From positions 114,249 through 178,248 of the forward strand of contig JAJZLY010000025.1 in assembly GCA_021850485.1 (NCBI GenBank): a stretch of DNA of 64,000 bases, in the 5' to 3' direction. The translations under genes were made by a program, and so were the position numbers. This stretch comes from Bacillota bacterium (GTDB taxonomy: Bacteria > Bacillota > Sulfobacillia > JAJZYS01 > JAJZLH01). How positions within the stretch are numbered: position 1 is the stretch's first letter; every line of letters starts with the position of its first letter. Positions 20,517 to 30,164 of the stretch are shown in pieces. Below the pieces are notes generated by a model. It saw nothing but the letters and a program-made list of their open reading frames with translations. It was not told where the DNA came from and made no database searches.

Positions 20517-21564
20517 CGACCAGTTCGTCCAAGATGCGATCGAACGCCACCCGTTCGTCACGCGGACCGGGCCCGGCCTCGGGATGGTACTGCAGCGACC
20601 GAATCGGCAGCTCGCGATGCCGCAGTCCCTCGACCGTCTGATCGTTGGCATTGCGGTGCGTGACCTCCAGGGCACCGCCCTGTAGACTGCCCTCGTCGAC
20701 GGCATAGCCGTGGTTTTGGGCGGTGATCCGCACCAGGCCACTGGCCTCGTCACGCACCGGGTGGTTGCCGCCGCGATGCCCGAAGCGCAGCTTATAGGTG
20801 GAGCCGCCAAAGGCGCTGGCCAGCAGCTGATGTCCGAGGCAGATGCCGAACACGGGCACCCGCTGCGCCACCTCGGCCACCACCGCGGTCCAGTCCGGAA
20901 GATCAGCTGGGTCGCCAGGGCCAGGTGACAAGACCACCAGATCAGGACGCGCGGCCAGGATCTGGTCGGGACTCGAAGTAGGTGGCAGCAGGCGGACGCC
21001 GACCTGGCGCCGGGTCAGTTCGGTCAGGATCTGCCGCTTCACGCCATAGTCCACCACCACCACCTGGATCGCCCCCGCCTCGGCCACCGTGCTCGGGGTG
21101 CGACAGGCGGCGGCCAAAATCATCTGCCGGGTGTTCAGACGGGAAAATGGTTTACCGTCCATTTCGCCGATGGCTCCCAGCAGGCTGCCATGCGTGCGCA
21201 GATGACGGACCAGGGCCCGGGTGTCGATACCGCTCAGGATCGGCCGCTCGTGAGCCAGCAGGTATGCCCGCAGGGAACTGTCGCCGTCTTGGCGATCCAC
21301 CAGCTCGTGCACGATCATGCCAGCCACATGCGGCTGCCCCGACTGATGTTCTGATTCGCGCTGGCCGTAGATGCCAATCAGTGGAAAGCACATCACCACC
21401 AGCTGATCCCGAAACGACGGATCGGTCGCCACCTCCGGGTAGCCAGTCATGGCAGTGGTGAACACCACCTCGCCGGCCCTGGGCGGTCCGTACAAGGTCC
21501 CTTCGAACACTGTGCCGTCTTCCAGCACCAGGCGGCCGGGCCGGCCGTTCACCATGCCAGCCAC
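20500..21564 (-). CDS. carA: Carbamoyl-phosphate synthase small (glutaminase) subunit
   Basis: LVLEDGTVFEG..., GICLGHQLL catalytic Cys, HRGGNHPV, HGYAV motifs. Confidence 0.9.
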   Translation of the reverse strand: MAGMVNGRPGRLVLEDGTVFEGTLYGPPRAGEVVFTTAMTGYPEVATDPSFRDQLVVMCFPLIGIYGQRESEHQSGQPHVAGMIVHELVDRQDGDSSLRAYLLAHERPILSGIDTRALVRHLRTHGSLLGAIGEMDGKPFSRLNTRQMILAAACRTPSTVAEAGAIQVVVVDYGVKRQILTELTRRQVGVRLLPPTSSPDQILAARPDLVVLSPGPGDPADLPDWTAVVAEVAQRVPVFGICLGHQLLASAFGGSTYKLRFGHRGGNHPVRDEASGLVRITAQNHGYAVDEGSLQGGALEVTHRNANDQTVEGLRHRELPIRSLQYHPEAGPGPRDERVAFDRILDELVGGRRA

Positions 21565-22820
21565 CGCCCCTCCACCACCACACCAAGCACCCTGCCGAGG
21601 CCGCGTTCGCCCAAAAACGGGCAGTTCTTGCCTGCGGTAGCCAGGCGATCGGCGCTGAAGGTCACCGCGGCCGAAAGATCGACCAGCGTGAGGTTGGCAA
21701 CGGCACCGACCGAAAGAGTGCGTGGCGCCAGGGCGAGGATGGCGGCTGGCGCCGACGACATCGCTTCGATCAGCCGGCCCAAGGGAATCAGTCCCGGCTC
21801 CACCAGTTTCGCCACCAGCATAGGCAGCGCCGTTTCCATGCCGGTCACACCGAACGGGGCTTTCAGCCAGCCGGCCGCCTTTTCGGCGCCGGTGTGCGGC
21901 GCATGGTCGGTGGCCACCGCGTCGATGGTGCCGTCCGCCAAGCCAGCGATCAGGGCCTGTCGATCGCGCTCTTGGCGTAGCGGCGGATTCATCTTGGCCA
22001 AGGTGCCCAGTCGGGCCAGTTGCGCAGAGGTGAGCAGCAGGTGGTGCGGCGTCGCTTCGGCGGTCACCGCCACACCGTTGGCCCTGGCGGTGCGGATCAA
22101 CTGGACGGTGGCAGCCGTTGACACGTGGGCCACGTGCAGCCGGCCGCCGGTCTCTGCGGCCAGCACCAGATCGCGGGCCACCATCGCCGCCTCGGCCGAT
22201 GCCGGTTGGGTGGGCAGTCCCAGCCGCCAGGCGTCTGGCCCGTCGTCCGCCACTCCGCCTTGCGCCAACGATGGGTCCTCAGAGTGGGTGACGACCACAA
22301 GTCCGGTGGCTCGGGCATGTTGCAGGGCACGGCGCATCAGCCCCCCGGCCCCCACCGGCAGGCCATCGTCGGTGACGGCCCGGATTCCGGCTTGGGCGTA
22401 GCCAGCGAAGTCGGCCAGCAGCTCACCGCCACTGCCCAAGCTGATCGCCCCCATTTGATGCACGCGGGCCAGGCCAAGAGCGGCTGCTGCCTGCTCGATC
22501 TGGACCGCACGTGCGGGCTGGTCGATCACTGGGTTGGTGTTGGGCATGGCTGCCAGAGCTGTAAAGCCTCCGCGCACCGCCGCCCGCAGCCCAGTTTCAA
22601 GCGTCTCCTTGGCCGACTGCCCAGGCTGGCGCAGGTGGACGTGCATGTCGACCAAACCGGGCATCACCACCTGACCCTGGGCCTCCACCACCTGCCCGCC
22701 GTCCGCCGGCTGGCTGCCGCCCACCTGGGTGATCAGGCCAGCCTCGACCACCAGGTCTCCGACCTGGTCCAAGCCGAGTCCCGGGTCCAGCAGCCGGCCG
22801 CCTTTGATGATCAGACGCAT
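21549..22820 (-). CDS. pyrC: Dihydroorotase
   Basis: 423 aa, PGLVDMHVHLRQPG metal-binding HxH, TDHAPH motif. Confidence 0.9.
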   Translation of the reverse strand: MRLIIKGGRLLDPGLGLDQVGDLVVEAGLITQVGGSQPADGGQVVEAQGQVVMPGLVDMHVHLRQPGQSAKETLETGLRAAVRGGFTALAAMPNTNPVIDQPARAVQIEQAAAALGLARVHQMGAISLGSGGELLADFAGYAQAGIRAVTDDGLPVGAGGLMRRALQHARATGLVVVTHSEDPSLAQGGVADDGPDAWRLGLPTQPASAEAAMVARDLVLAAETGGRLHVAHVSTAATVQLIRTARANGVAVTAEATPHHLLLTSAQLARLGTLAKMNPPLRQERDRQALIAGLADGTIDAVATDHAPHTGAEKAAGWLKAPFGVTGMETALPMLVAKLVEPGLIPLGRLIEAMSSAPAAILALAPRTLSVGAVANLTLVDLSAAVTFSADRLATAGKNCPFLGERGLGRVLGVVVEGRWLAW

Positions 22821-23713
22821 CAGGCAACCTCCTCGCCGAGCAGGCTGAGCACAGCGGCCCGCACCTGGGTGCCAGAGGTGACTTGGCTCCGAATCAGAGA
22901 CTTCGTCCCGTCAACCAACTCGGAATCGATCTCGACTCCCAAGTTGGCTGGCCCGGGATGCATCAGCCAGGGCACTTGGCGAAGCCCTAGGTAGCGCTCT
23001 TGGGTGATCCCCCACTGCCTGCGGTAGGCGCCGAGATCTGCGACCACCGTCTGGCCCATCCGCTCTTGCTGGATACGTAGCGCCATCACCACATCTGCCC
23101 GGGACAGCCCCTGCTCCAGATCCGGGCAGTGATCCGCTCCCAGCATCTCAGCGAATCCTTCGGGCAGCAGATCAGGCGGGCCGGCCAGTTCCACCTTCGC
23201 TCCCTGCTGGCTGAGCAACCTGACCGTGGAGCGGCTGACGCGGCTGTGCAGGTGGTCTCCGACCACCAAGACGCGTAATCCCCGCACCGCCCCGACCGCC
23301 CGCTGCAACGCAACCAAATCGGCCAGAGCCTGAGTTGGGTGTTCATGACAGCCATCGCCGGCATTGACCACGGCCACACCGAGTTCAGACAGCCGATGCG
23401 GCAACAACGGTTCACCGCTGCGCACCACCAGCACCCGGGCACCGATGGCCCTAAGGGTGTGCAAGGTTTCCTCCGGCCCTTCCCCTTTGACCACCGAAGC
23501 CCGCTCAGGCAACAGGCGCAGGACGGAGGCGCCAACCATCTGGCAGGCCCGGACAAAGGACATTTCGGTGCGCGTGGACGGCTCGTAAAAAGCCAGGGCC
23601 ACCGGCTGGGCAAACGAAAAGATCGCCCCTTGGGCGATCTTGGCTGTGCGATCCAACACGGCGGACAATTCGGTCTCGGTCAACTCGGCGATTCCTAGAA
23701 GGTGTCTCACCAA
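22820..23713 (-). CDS. pyrB: Aspartate carbamoyltransferase catalytic subunit
   Basis: FYEPSTRTEMSF, HEHPTQAL and HPGP motifs. Start is TTG 23713 or, with better spacing to AGGAGG, GTG 23710. Confidence 0.9.
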   Translation of the reverse strand: MVRHLLGIAELTETELSAVLDRTAKIAQGAIFSFAQPVALAFYEPSTRTEMSFVRACQMVGASVLRLLPERASVVKGEGPEETLHTLRAIGARVLVVRSGEPLLPHRLSELGVAVVNAGDGCHEHPTQALADLVALQRAVGAVRGLRVLVVGDHLHSRVSRSTVRLLSQQGAKVELAGPPDLLPEGFAEMLGADHCPDLEQGLSRADVVMALRIQQERMGQTVVADLGAYRRQWGITQERYLGLRQVPWLMHPGPANLGVEIDSELVDGTKSLIRSQVTSGTQVRAAVLSLLGEEVA

Positions 23714-23791
23714 TGCCCCTCCTGCCCGGGGTGCGAGCCTAGGGCAGGGCTGGCCACGGTGGCCCTCCCTTCCTGGCTTCGCTGAACCAGA
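23714..23791 (-). promoter_or_regulatory. Candidate PyrR-responsive leader between pyrR and pyrB
   Basis: The minus-strand RNA reads UAAUCUGGUUCAGCGAAGCCAGGAAGGGAGGG... It includes a CUGG/CCAG hairpin and purine-rich AGG repeats loosely resembling PyrR binding loops. A CCUGCCC...GGGCAGG stem follows, whose 3' arm overlaps the pyrB RBS (GGGCAGGAGGGG). Confidence 0.35.
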
Positions 23792-24346
23792 TTAAAGGTT
23801 GGTTGCCGCACTCCCGACACTATGGCCCACGATCAGGACCTCGTCAACTCCATCTACCTCTTCCAAGTGGACCTCGACCTCGTCCTCCCTGGCGGTGGGG
23901 ATATTTTTGCCGACGAAATCCGGACGAATCGGCAATTCGCGGTGGCCGCGGTCGACCAGCACCAGCAGCCGGATCACCTGGGGCCGGCCGGCGGCCAAGA
24001 CGGCGGCGATGGCGGCCCGGGCGGTACGACCTGTGAACAAGACGTCGTCGACGATCACCACCTGGTGGCCAGCCGTCTCTACCGGCGGTGGCGTCTGGAT
24101 ACCCTTACGCCGCTCATCGTCACGAAACGGCGTGGTATCCAAGGCCGCCACCTGGGGCCGGCCGTCACCGACCTGACCGATCAAGTCCGCCAGCCGATGC
24201 GCCAACTGGCTGCCGCGCCGCTCCACGCCAACCAGGATCAAGGGGACGTCATCATCAGCTCGCTCCAGCACCTCATGCGCCAGTCGCCACAGGGACCGGC
24301 GCATCCCTTCGGCATCGAGGACCACTTGTCTTGGCCCGACCACCAC
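23792..24346 (-). CDS. pyrR: Bifunctional pyrimidine operon regulator / uracil phosphoribosyltransferase PyrR
   Basis: 184 aa, PRPP motif VVIVDDVLFTGRTARAA. Located directly upstream of pyrB as in Bacillota. Confidence 0.85.
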   Translation of the reverse strand: MVVGPRQVVLDAEGMRRSLWRLAHEVLERADDDVPLILVGVERRGSQLAHRLADLIGQVGDGRPQVAALDTTPFRDDERRKGIQTPPPVETAGHQVVIVDDVLFTGRTARAAIAAVLAAGRPQVIRLLVLVDRGHRELPIRPDFVGKNIPTAREDEVEVHLEEVDGVDEVLIVGHSVGSAATNL

Positions 24347-24347
24347 G

Positions 24348-25343
24348 TCAATTCCCTCCTACTACCAGGGCCCCGGTCTCTTCGGCCCACCGTTCGGCGT
24401 CTTGGCGGGCTTCCCTCTCAGCTTCCTCGCGCTGGTCCCCCAGCGCCTGCCGCAGGTCGAGGGGCAAGGGAGCGATGAACAAGACCGCCTGTCCGGTCAG
24501 CGGGTGGCGAAAGCCCAGCGCATACGCATGCAACATCTGGCGGGCGGCAGGCGGGCCACCGTAGACCCGATCCCCTACCAAGGGACAGCCCAGCGCCTGC
24601 ATATGCACCCGGATCTGATGCGTGCGCCCAGTCTCCAGTCGTAAGAGAACGATGGCACCACCACCAGGCAGCTCGCCTACGGTGCGGTAGTGGGTGACCG
24701 CCGGCCGGCCCGCCGGCGTCACCGCCATCTTCTGGCGATGGCTGGGATGGCGGCCGATCGGAGCCGCAACCGTTCCGGACAAGGGATGGGGCGCACGGGC
24801 GGCGATGGCCAGGTAGCGCCGGCTCATCGAGTGGTCGGCCAACTGCCGAATCAGGTTTTGGCGGGCCAGTTCGGTCCTGGCCACCACCAACAGGCCGGAG
24901 GTGTCCTTGTCCAGCCGATGCACGATGCCGGGGCGGCTGGGGTCATCACCAGGCAGGCTGCCTAGGCGGGCCAAGAGAGCGTTGACCAGGGTTTTGCTGG
25001 CATGGCCAGCGGCCGGATGCACGACCATGCCGGCGGCTTTGTCTACCACCACCAATTGTTCGTCCTGGTAGACGACCGTCAGCGGCAACGCTTCGGCCAC
25101 CGGCTGGTCGGCGGGAAGCGGCCAGTCTACCACCACCCACTCGCCGCCCTGCAGCAGGTGTGCCGGTCTGGTCACGACTCGGCCGTTGACCGCGACCGCT
25201 CCGGCCCGGATCAGTCCGGCCAGCCGGTGGCGGGCGACATGGAAGCACTCGGCGGCCTCCTTGTCCAAACGGCCGGCGGCTGAGATGCGCAGGCGCTGCG
25301 GGCCCGGCTCACTGATGAGAGGTCCCCCCCTTGCTGCGCGCAC
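24348..25343 (-). CDS. rluD: 23S rRNA pseudouridine synthase, RluD/RluA family
   Basis: S4-like N-terminus plus the catalytic HRLDKDTSGLLV motif and THQIRVH. Confidence 0.8.
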   Translation of the reverse strand: MRAARGGPLISEPGPQRLRISAAGRLDKEAAECFHVARHRLAGLIRAGAVAVNGRVVTRPAHLLQGGEWVVVDWPLPADQPVAEALPLTVVYQDEQLVVVDKAAGMVVHPAAGHASKTLVNALLARLGSLPGDDPSRPGIVHRLDKDTSGLLVVARTELARQNLIRQLADHSMSRRYLAIAARAPHPLSGTVAAPIGRHPSHRQKMAVTPAGRPAVTHYRTVGELPGGGAIVLLRLETGRTHQIRVHMQALGCPLVGDRVYGGPPAARQMLHAYALGFRHPLTGQAVLFIAPLPLDLRQALGDQREEAEREARQDAERWAEETGALVVGGN

Positions 25344-25794
25344 TGAGCCACGACTCCACGACCAGGACCACTGCGGCCACGGTGATCGCCATATCTGCCA
25401 CGTTAAAGGCTGGCCAGTGCGGCAGTTTGATAAAGTCCAGCACCTGGCGGCCAGTCAGCCGATCGATCAGGTTGCCCAAGATCCCACCTAACAAGAGGCC
25501 GAGGGTGACCGCTAGCCACGTCTCCGCTGTCCGCCATGCCACCACCGCCACCACCGCTGCGGCCACCACACCGATCACGCCCAACCACAGGGCCTGGTGC
25601 GGGAGTAGGCTGAAGGCGGCGCCTGAGTTGTAAAGCGGCGTCAGGGACAGCAAATTCGGCACCAGCCACGTCTGTGTACCCACGGTCAAATGGGCGGCCA
25701 CCCAAGCCTTGGTGCCCTGATCTGCGGCCAACACCAGTGCGGCGGGCACGAGCCACCAGCCGACACGTTGCCAAAGAGGTGGTCGAGCCTTCAC
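25309..25794 (-). CDS. lspA: Lipoprotein signal peptidase II
   Basis: 161 aa, four TM segments, NSGAAFS and FNVAD catalytic Asp motifs. Confidence 0.85.
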   Translation of the reverse strand: MKARPPLWQRVGWWLVPAALVLAADQGTKAWVAAHLTVGTQTWLVPNLLSLTPLYNSGAAFSLLPHQALWLGVIGVVAAAVVAVVAWRTAETWLAVTLGLLLGGILGNLIDRLTGRQVLDFIKLPHWPAFNVADMAITVAAVVLVVESWLSARSKGGTSHQ

Positions 25795-28529
25795 AGCTGG
25801 CCACCGCCCAAGCGGGCGAGAACCTCCGCACAGCGGTCACAGATCTGACCTGCCTCCCGCGCCATCACCTCCGGCAGAACCCGCCAGCAGCGCTCACACT
25901 TATGCCCTGCCGCCACTTCGACGGCGATCTTGATCTCGTCTCCATGGCCGTCGCAGATGGTCACCTGGGACACCACGAACAAGGTCGGCAGCAGCTCCGC
26001 GGCCTGCTGCAGGCTCTTCAGTGCACTCCCCGCCGCCGTCAGCACCACGCCTGCCTCCAGCGAAGAGCGGATGTGGCCGGCTGCCCGCATCGTTTCCAGT
26101 TCGCGCAGCACCCGGGCGCGCAGTCGGTCGAGCTCGAGGTAACGGGCTTCTAACGCCTCGTCATACCAGCCTTGAGCTGCCGGAAACGAGGCCAGCTGCA
26201 CTGTTTCCGGGTCTTGAGGTGGATGCGGCAGATAGCGCCAGGCTTCTTCCGAAGTGAAGGTCATGATCGGGGCCAGCAACAGGATGAGAGAGCGGGCCAG
26301 GTGCTCGCAAACAGCCACGGCAGCTTGGCGCTGCGAGTCCTCGGGGTGGGCTGTGTAGAGCAAATCCTTGCGCACATCCAAATAGAAACTGGACAGATCG
26401 ACTGCTGCGAAGTTCACCAGCTGCTGGGTCACGATGTGGAAGTCAAAGCGGCGGTAGGCATTGTCCACCCGTTCGATCACCCGCTCCATCCGCGACAAAA
26501 TGAGCCGTTCCAATTCGGGCAATTCGTGAGACGGCGGCAGAGGCAACGAGACGTCCCCGACGTTGCCCAGCAAAAAACGGATGGTGTTTCTAAGTTTGCG
26601 ATAGGCCTCGGCGGTTTGGGCCAAGATGGTGTCCGACACCGAAATGTCGGCCCGATAGTCCGAAGACGCCACCCAAAGCCGCAAGATGTCGGCTCCGTAT
26701 GTCGTCATCAACTCGGCCGGTGTCACCACGTTGCCGCGGCTCTTGGACATCTTGTCCCCCAGCTGGTCGGTGACGAATCCATGCGAGAGCACCTGGCGGT
26801 ACGGGGCCGCGCCGCGGATCGCCACCGCCGTCGTCAGTGATGAGTTGAACCAGCCGCGAAACTGATCTGTCCCCTCCAGATAGAGATCGGCGGGCCAGCC
26901 CAGCCCCTCGGCGCCGCCCAACACCGAGGCATGCGAAGACCCCGAATCAAACCAGACGTCGAGGATGTCGGTCTCCTTGCGAAAGACCCTTCCGCCGCAC
27001 TGTGGGCAGGTGAAGCCCGGGGGCAAGAAGGTCTCAGCCGGCTGCGTAAACCAGACGTCTGACCCCTTTTCGGCAAACACCTCAGCGATGGTGTGCGCCG
27101 CCTCGCTCACCACAATCCGCTGGCAAGACTGGCAGTACAGCGCCGGGATCGGCAGGCCCCAGGCCCGTTGCCGGGAGATGCACCACTCGCCTCGCTCCTC
27201 GGTCATCTGGCGCATGCGGGCCTCACCCCAGGCCGGACTCCACGACACCTCAGCAATCGCCGCCAAGAGCTGGGGCCGGATTTTGGAGATTGATCCGAAC
27301 CACTGCTCGGTCGCCCGAAACAAGATCTGGTTGTGACACCGCCAGCAGTGCGGATAGCTGTGCCGGTAGGCGAGTTCATGCACCAGACGCCGGCGCGCCC
27401 GCAACTGCTCGACGATGGGCGCATAGGCGGCCGAGTAGTGGGTGCCTGCCAAGCTGCCGGCCTGGGCGGAAAACACGCCCTTGCCGTCGATCGGCACCGC
27501 CACTTCGAGCTGGGCAGCCCGGCCCAGGTCGAAGTCCTCCTCCCCGTGTCCAGGGGCAGTGTGGACCACTCCGGTGCCCTCTGAATCAGTGACGTGCTGG
27601 CCTGCCAACACCGGCACGGTCCGAGTTTCCAGGGGATGGTCCACGCCGGCGCCGACCATGGTCTGCCCTGGGAATTCTGCCTGGACCGGGCCGAGATCAA
27701 GGGCTGCCTGCAGGCGCTGATGGGCGCTTTTGCCCAGCACCAGGGTGCCGTGCGGACTGCTGGTGCGGACATAGGTTAGCTCCGGGTGCACGGCCAGGGC
27801 TCGGTTTGCCGGCAGGGTCCAAGCCGTGGTGGTCCAAGCGAGAAGCTGATCTCCAGAGCGCAACTCGCCGCTCGCATCCACCACCGGGAAGGCCACAAAC
27901 AGAGATGGCGAGGTGATGTCTTGATACTCGATCTCAGCCTCGGCCAGTGCGGTTTCACAGTCCGGACACCAGTTGACCGACTTGAAGTCCTTGTTGATCA
28001 GCCCCAGCTCGTACATCCGGGCAAAGACCCGTACCTCTTCTGCTTCGAAGGCCGGGCTCAAGGTAACATACGGATGGTCCCAGTCGGCCCGTACCCCCAG
28101 CCGCTTGAACTCGTCACTCATGATGCCGATGTACTCCTGGGCATAGGCCCGACAGGCCTGACGCAGCTTCACGGGATCGAGTCGGATGTCGTTGCCCTCG
28201 CGCAGCTGAACCGCCCGCTCAATCGGCAGTCCGTGCGTGTCCCAGCCCGGGACGTAGCGGGCATCTTTGCCCTGCATGGTCCAGTACTTATTGATCATGT
28301 CTTTGAGGGATTTGTTGAGCAGGGTACCGAGGTGGATGTGGCCGTTGGCGTAGGGCGGACCGTCGTGTAAGACGAACGGCGGCTTACCCACCCTGGCCTG
28401 GCGCACCTTGGCCAGCAGGTCCATCTCCTGCCAGCGAGCCAGTTGCTCCGGCTCCCGCATAGCCAGGTCAGCGCGCATCGGGAACTCGGTACGGGGCAGG
28501 CTCAGCGTGGACTTCAAATCCTCAGCCAC
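25791..28529 (-). CDS. ileS: Isoleucyl-tRNA synthetase
   Basis: 912 aa, PPYANGHIHLGT (HIGH), KMSKSRGN (KMSKS), C-terminal zinc-finger cysteines. GTG start preceded by AAGGAGG. Confidence 0.95.
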   Translation of the reverse strand: MAEDLKSTLSLPRTEFPMRADLAMREPEQLARWQEMDLLAKVRQARVGKPPFVLHDGPPYANGHIHLGTLLNKSLKDMINKYWTMQGKDARYVPGWDTHGLPIERAVQLREGNDIRLDPVKLRQACRAYAQEYIGIMSDEFKRLGVRADWDHPYVTLSPAFEAEEVRVFARMYELGLINKDFKSVNWCPDCETALAEAEIEYQDITSPSLFVAFPVVDASGELRSGDQLLAWTTTAWTLPANRALAVHPELTYVRTSSPHGTLVLGKSAHQRLQAALDLGPVQAEFPGQTMVGAGVDHPLETRTVPVLAGQHVTDSEGTGVVHTAPGHGEEDFDLGRAAQLEVAVPIDGKGVFSAQAGSLAGTHYSAAYAPIVEQLRARRRLVHELAYRHSYPHCWRCHNQILFRATEQWFGSISKIRPQLLAAIAEVSWSPAWGEARMRQMTEERGEWCISRQRAWGLPIPALYCQSCQRIVVSEAAHTIAEVFAEKGSDVWFTQPAETFLPPGFTCPQCGGRVFRKETDILDVWFDSGSSHASVLGGAEGLGWPADLYLEGTDQFRGWFNSSLTTAVAIRGAAPYRQVLSHGFVTDQLGDKMSKSRGNVVTPAELMTTYGADILRLWVASSDYRADISVSDTILAQTAEAYRKLRNTIRFLLGNVGDVSLPLPPSHELPELERLILSRMERVIERVDNAYRRFDFHIVTQQLVNFAAVDLSSFYLDVRKDLLYTAHPEDSQRQAAVAVCEHLARSLILLLAPIMTFTSEEAWRYLPHPPQDPETVQLASFPAAQGWYDEALEARYLELDRLRARVLRELETMRAAGHIRSSLEAGVVLTAAGSALKSLQQAAELLPTLFVVSQVTICDGHGDEIKIAVEVAAGHKCERCWRVLPEVMAREAGQICDRCAEVLARLGGGQL

Positions 28530-28530
28530 G

Positions 28531-28790
28531 GTCCGGCGCCTCCTTGAAGCAGCCTTGGTGAAAACAAAACGGCCCGTACGCCAAAGGGCGGACGGACCGC
28601 GGTACCACCTTCGTTGGGGTTGCCCCCACTCGAACCCGCTAACGGGGGGATCCGGCCACGGCTACTACCTTCACCACGGCCCTCTCGAGGGATACCGCCC
28701 AAGTCGCCGCCCCGCCTTGCACCGGCTGCGGGTCGCTGTTGCGACGTTGCCCGGACGGGCTGTCTCGATCATCGGTTCGTAAAATCCTAC
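28531..28790 (-). promoter_or_regulatory. T-box riboswitch leader of ileS
   Basis: The minus strand carries the conserved T-box core GGUGGUACCGCG (complement of 28598-28609). It is followed by an imperfect ~12-bp terminator stem and GUUUUGUUUUC (28561-28598). An upstream GGUGCAA element fits stem I. A candidate AUC specifier lies at the complement of 28681-28683 (uncertain). Confidence 0.8.
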
Positions 28791-28912
28791 CACGGGCCGA
28801 GGTCGCGGTCAAAACCGCCACGACGTCAGCGTCGGCCGCCGCACCGGGCCCTTGCCTGGCGGGTCGGGGCGAACCAGCCAGCACGGCACGCCAGACCACG
28901 TCAACAGGGCCA

Positions 28913-29746
28913 ATGCCCACAGAGATCCCGGTTGTCGGCAAGGCTGCACTCGGGTACGATGGCATTGTGACCGCTACTAACGTTGCCTTTTTGACCCTCT
29001 TCCTCCCCCCGTCTGACGCCCTCACGGGTGCTCCCCGCGCGCTCGAAACGGCAACTCGCCAGGCGTTGTCGGCGCTCGACCGCTCCCAGGTCGACACCGT
29101 CGTGATGGTCGACTCAAGCTGGCGTAGCCGCACGCTCAGCGTCTCCTTACCAACCGACCCCGCCGGTCGCCACCTGGCCGAGGCGGTGCGCGCTGAGTTG
29201 GCGGAGCGAGACTTCTGGCCCGGCCCAGCAGATCCCGCTTGGGAAGCCACTGCCCGGCGCCACTTCGCCATTTGGCAGCATGATGCCCCCACCGCCTTGG
29301 TCGCCGTCAGCGTGCCACCGCACACACCGGATCGGGCGATGGCCGTTGGTGAAGCCATCGCCGCAGCCTGTGCCACGATGCCAGGCAACACAGCGCTGGT
29401 CGTGACCGGGGCCATCACCGCAGGCCATGAGCGATCGTCCGAAGGCCCCCTTGGCTTCGAGCAGGCGCTGCGCCAGCTGCTCGAACAGGCAGCTGGACCG
29501 GAGATCTTGAACGTGGGTGCCGAGTTGTGGATTGGTGGCCGTCCAGAGGCTGAACTAGGGCATCTGTTTGTCTTAATGGGTGCGGCCCCCGGCCGCACCG
29601 CAACCTACCTGGCCGAATGGCAGTCAGCGGGGGCCGCCTACGCAGTGATCTCCTTCGGCGAAGCGCCAGCACTCCCGCCCCTCGCTCCCAGTGCGTCACC
29701 GACCATCTTCCGGTTGACCCTGAAGGGAGAGTCGCCCAGTGCCTGA
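28913..29746 (+). CDS. Hypothetical protein (277 aa)
   Basis: High GC3 and normal amino-acid composition, unlike the antisense 319-aa ORF. Its end overlaps the next ORF by 8 nt. No motif I can name with confidence. Start uncertain (ATG 28913). Confidence 0.55.
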   Translation: MPTEIPVVGKAALGYDGIVTATNVAFLTLFLPPSDALTGAPRALETATRQALSALDRSQVDTVVMVDSSWRSRTLSVSLPTDPAGRHLAEAVRAELAERDFWPGPADPAWEATARRHFAIWQHDAPTALVAVSVPPHTPDRAMAVGEAIAAACATMPGNTALVVTGAITAGHERSSEGPLGFEQALRQLLEQAAGPEILNVGAELWIGGRPEAELGHLFVLMGAAPGRTATYLAEWQSAGAAYAVISFGEAPALPPLAPSASPTIFRLTLKGESPSA

Positions 29747-30164
29747 GCCTTCCAGACCCAGCGCTTTTCTGGGTCTCATGCTGCCGGCTGCCGACGGAGC
29801 TGAGCGCGCGGCCACTACCGACCTTCTGGCCAATGTGGTGGCCTGTGTGCTGGACGAGGCGCTCCTTCGCCGAATCGGTGAGTTTCAGTGGCAAGATTCC
29901 TTCGTGGTGGCCCCGCCCACCTACGACGCAGCGGTGCCGGTGAATCGCTGGGAGCGCGCCGCCTGTCACTTCTGGGACACCTTGTTCACCGGCCAGGTGT
30001 ATATTGGGCCAACAGATCGCGGTCGGCTGATCTACCTGTTGGGAGATGTCTTCAAGGCGGCGGAGCGCTGTCGCGCCGGGGACATCTGCATGATGATGGG
30101 CCACTCGCTGTGGCAGCGCGTCCTGCAAGCGCTGAGCGCACCCTCCGGGGAGGCGGCTTCGTGA
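29739..30164 (+). CDS. Hypothetical protein (141 aa)
   Basis: Overlaps the upstream ORF by 8 nt and the downstream ORF in a GTGA junction. No recognisable motif. Confidence 0.5.
   Translation: MPEPSRPSAFLGLMLPAADGAERAATTDLLANVVACVLDEALLRRIGEFQWQDSFVVAPPTYDAAVPVNRWERAACHFWDTLFTGQVYIGPTDRGRLIYLLGDVFKAAERCRAGDICMMMGHSLWQRVLQALSAPSGEAAS

Noticed and set aside
17280-20810. Long N-terminal extensions of several ORFs: carB to 20810, permease to 8574, hbd to 12871, EAL to 51392, ftsZ to 36360, yggS to 33631, xis to 47664
   Set aside because: The extensions overlap upstream genes or hairpins and are not protein-like. Internal starts with RBS or stop-start overlaps fit better, so the shorter coordinates are reported.
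28639-29598. 319-aa minus-strand ORF
   Set aside because: It overlaps the T-box leader and is antisense to the 28913-29746 ORF. The latter has better composition and is translationally coupled to two downstream genes. The minus-strand product is Ser/Ala/Arg/Pro-rich.
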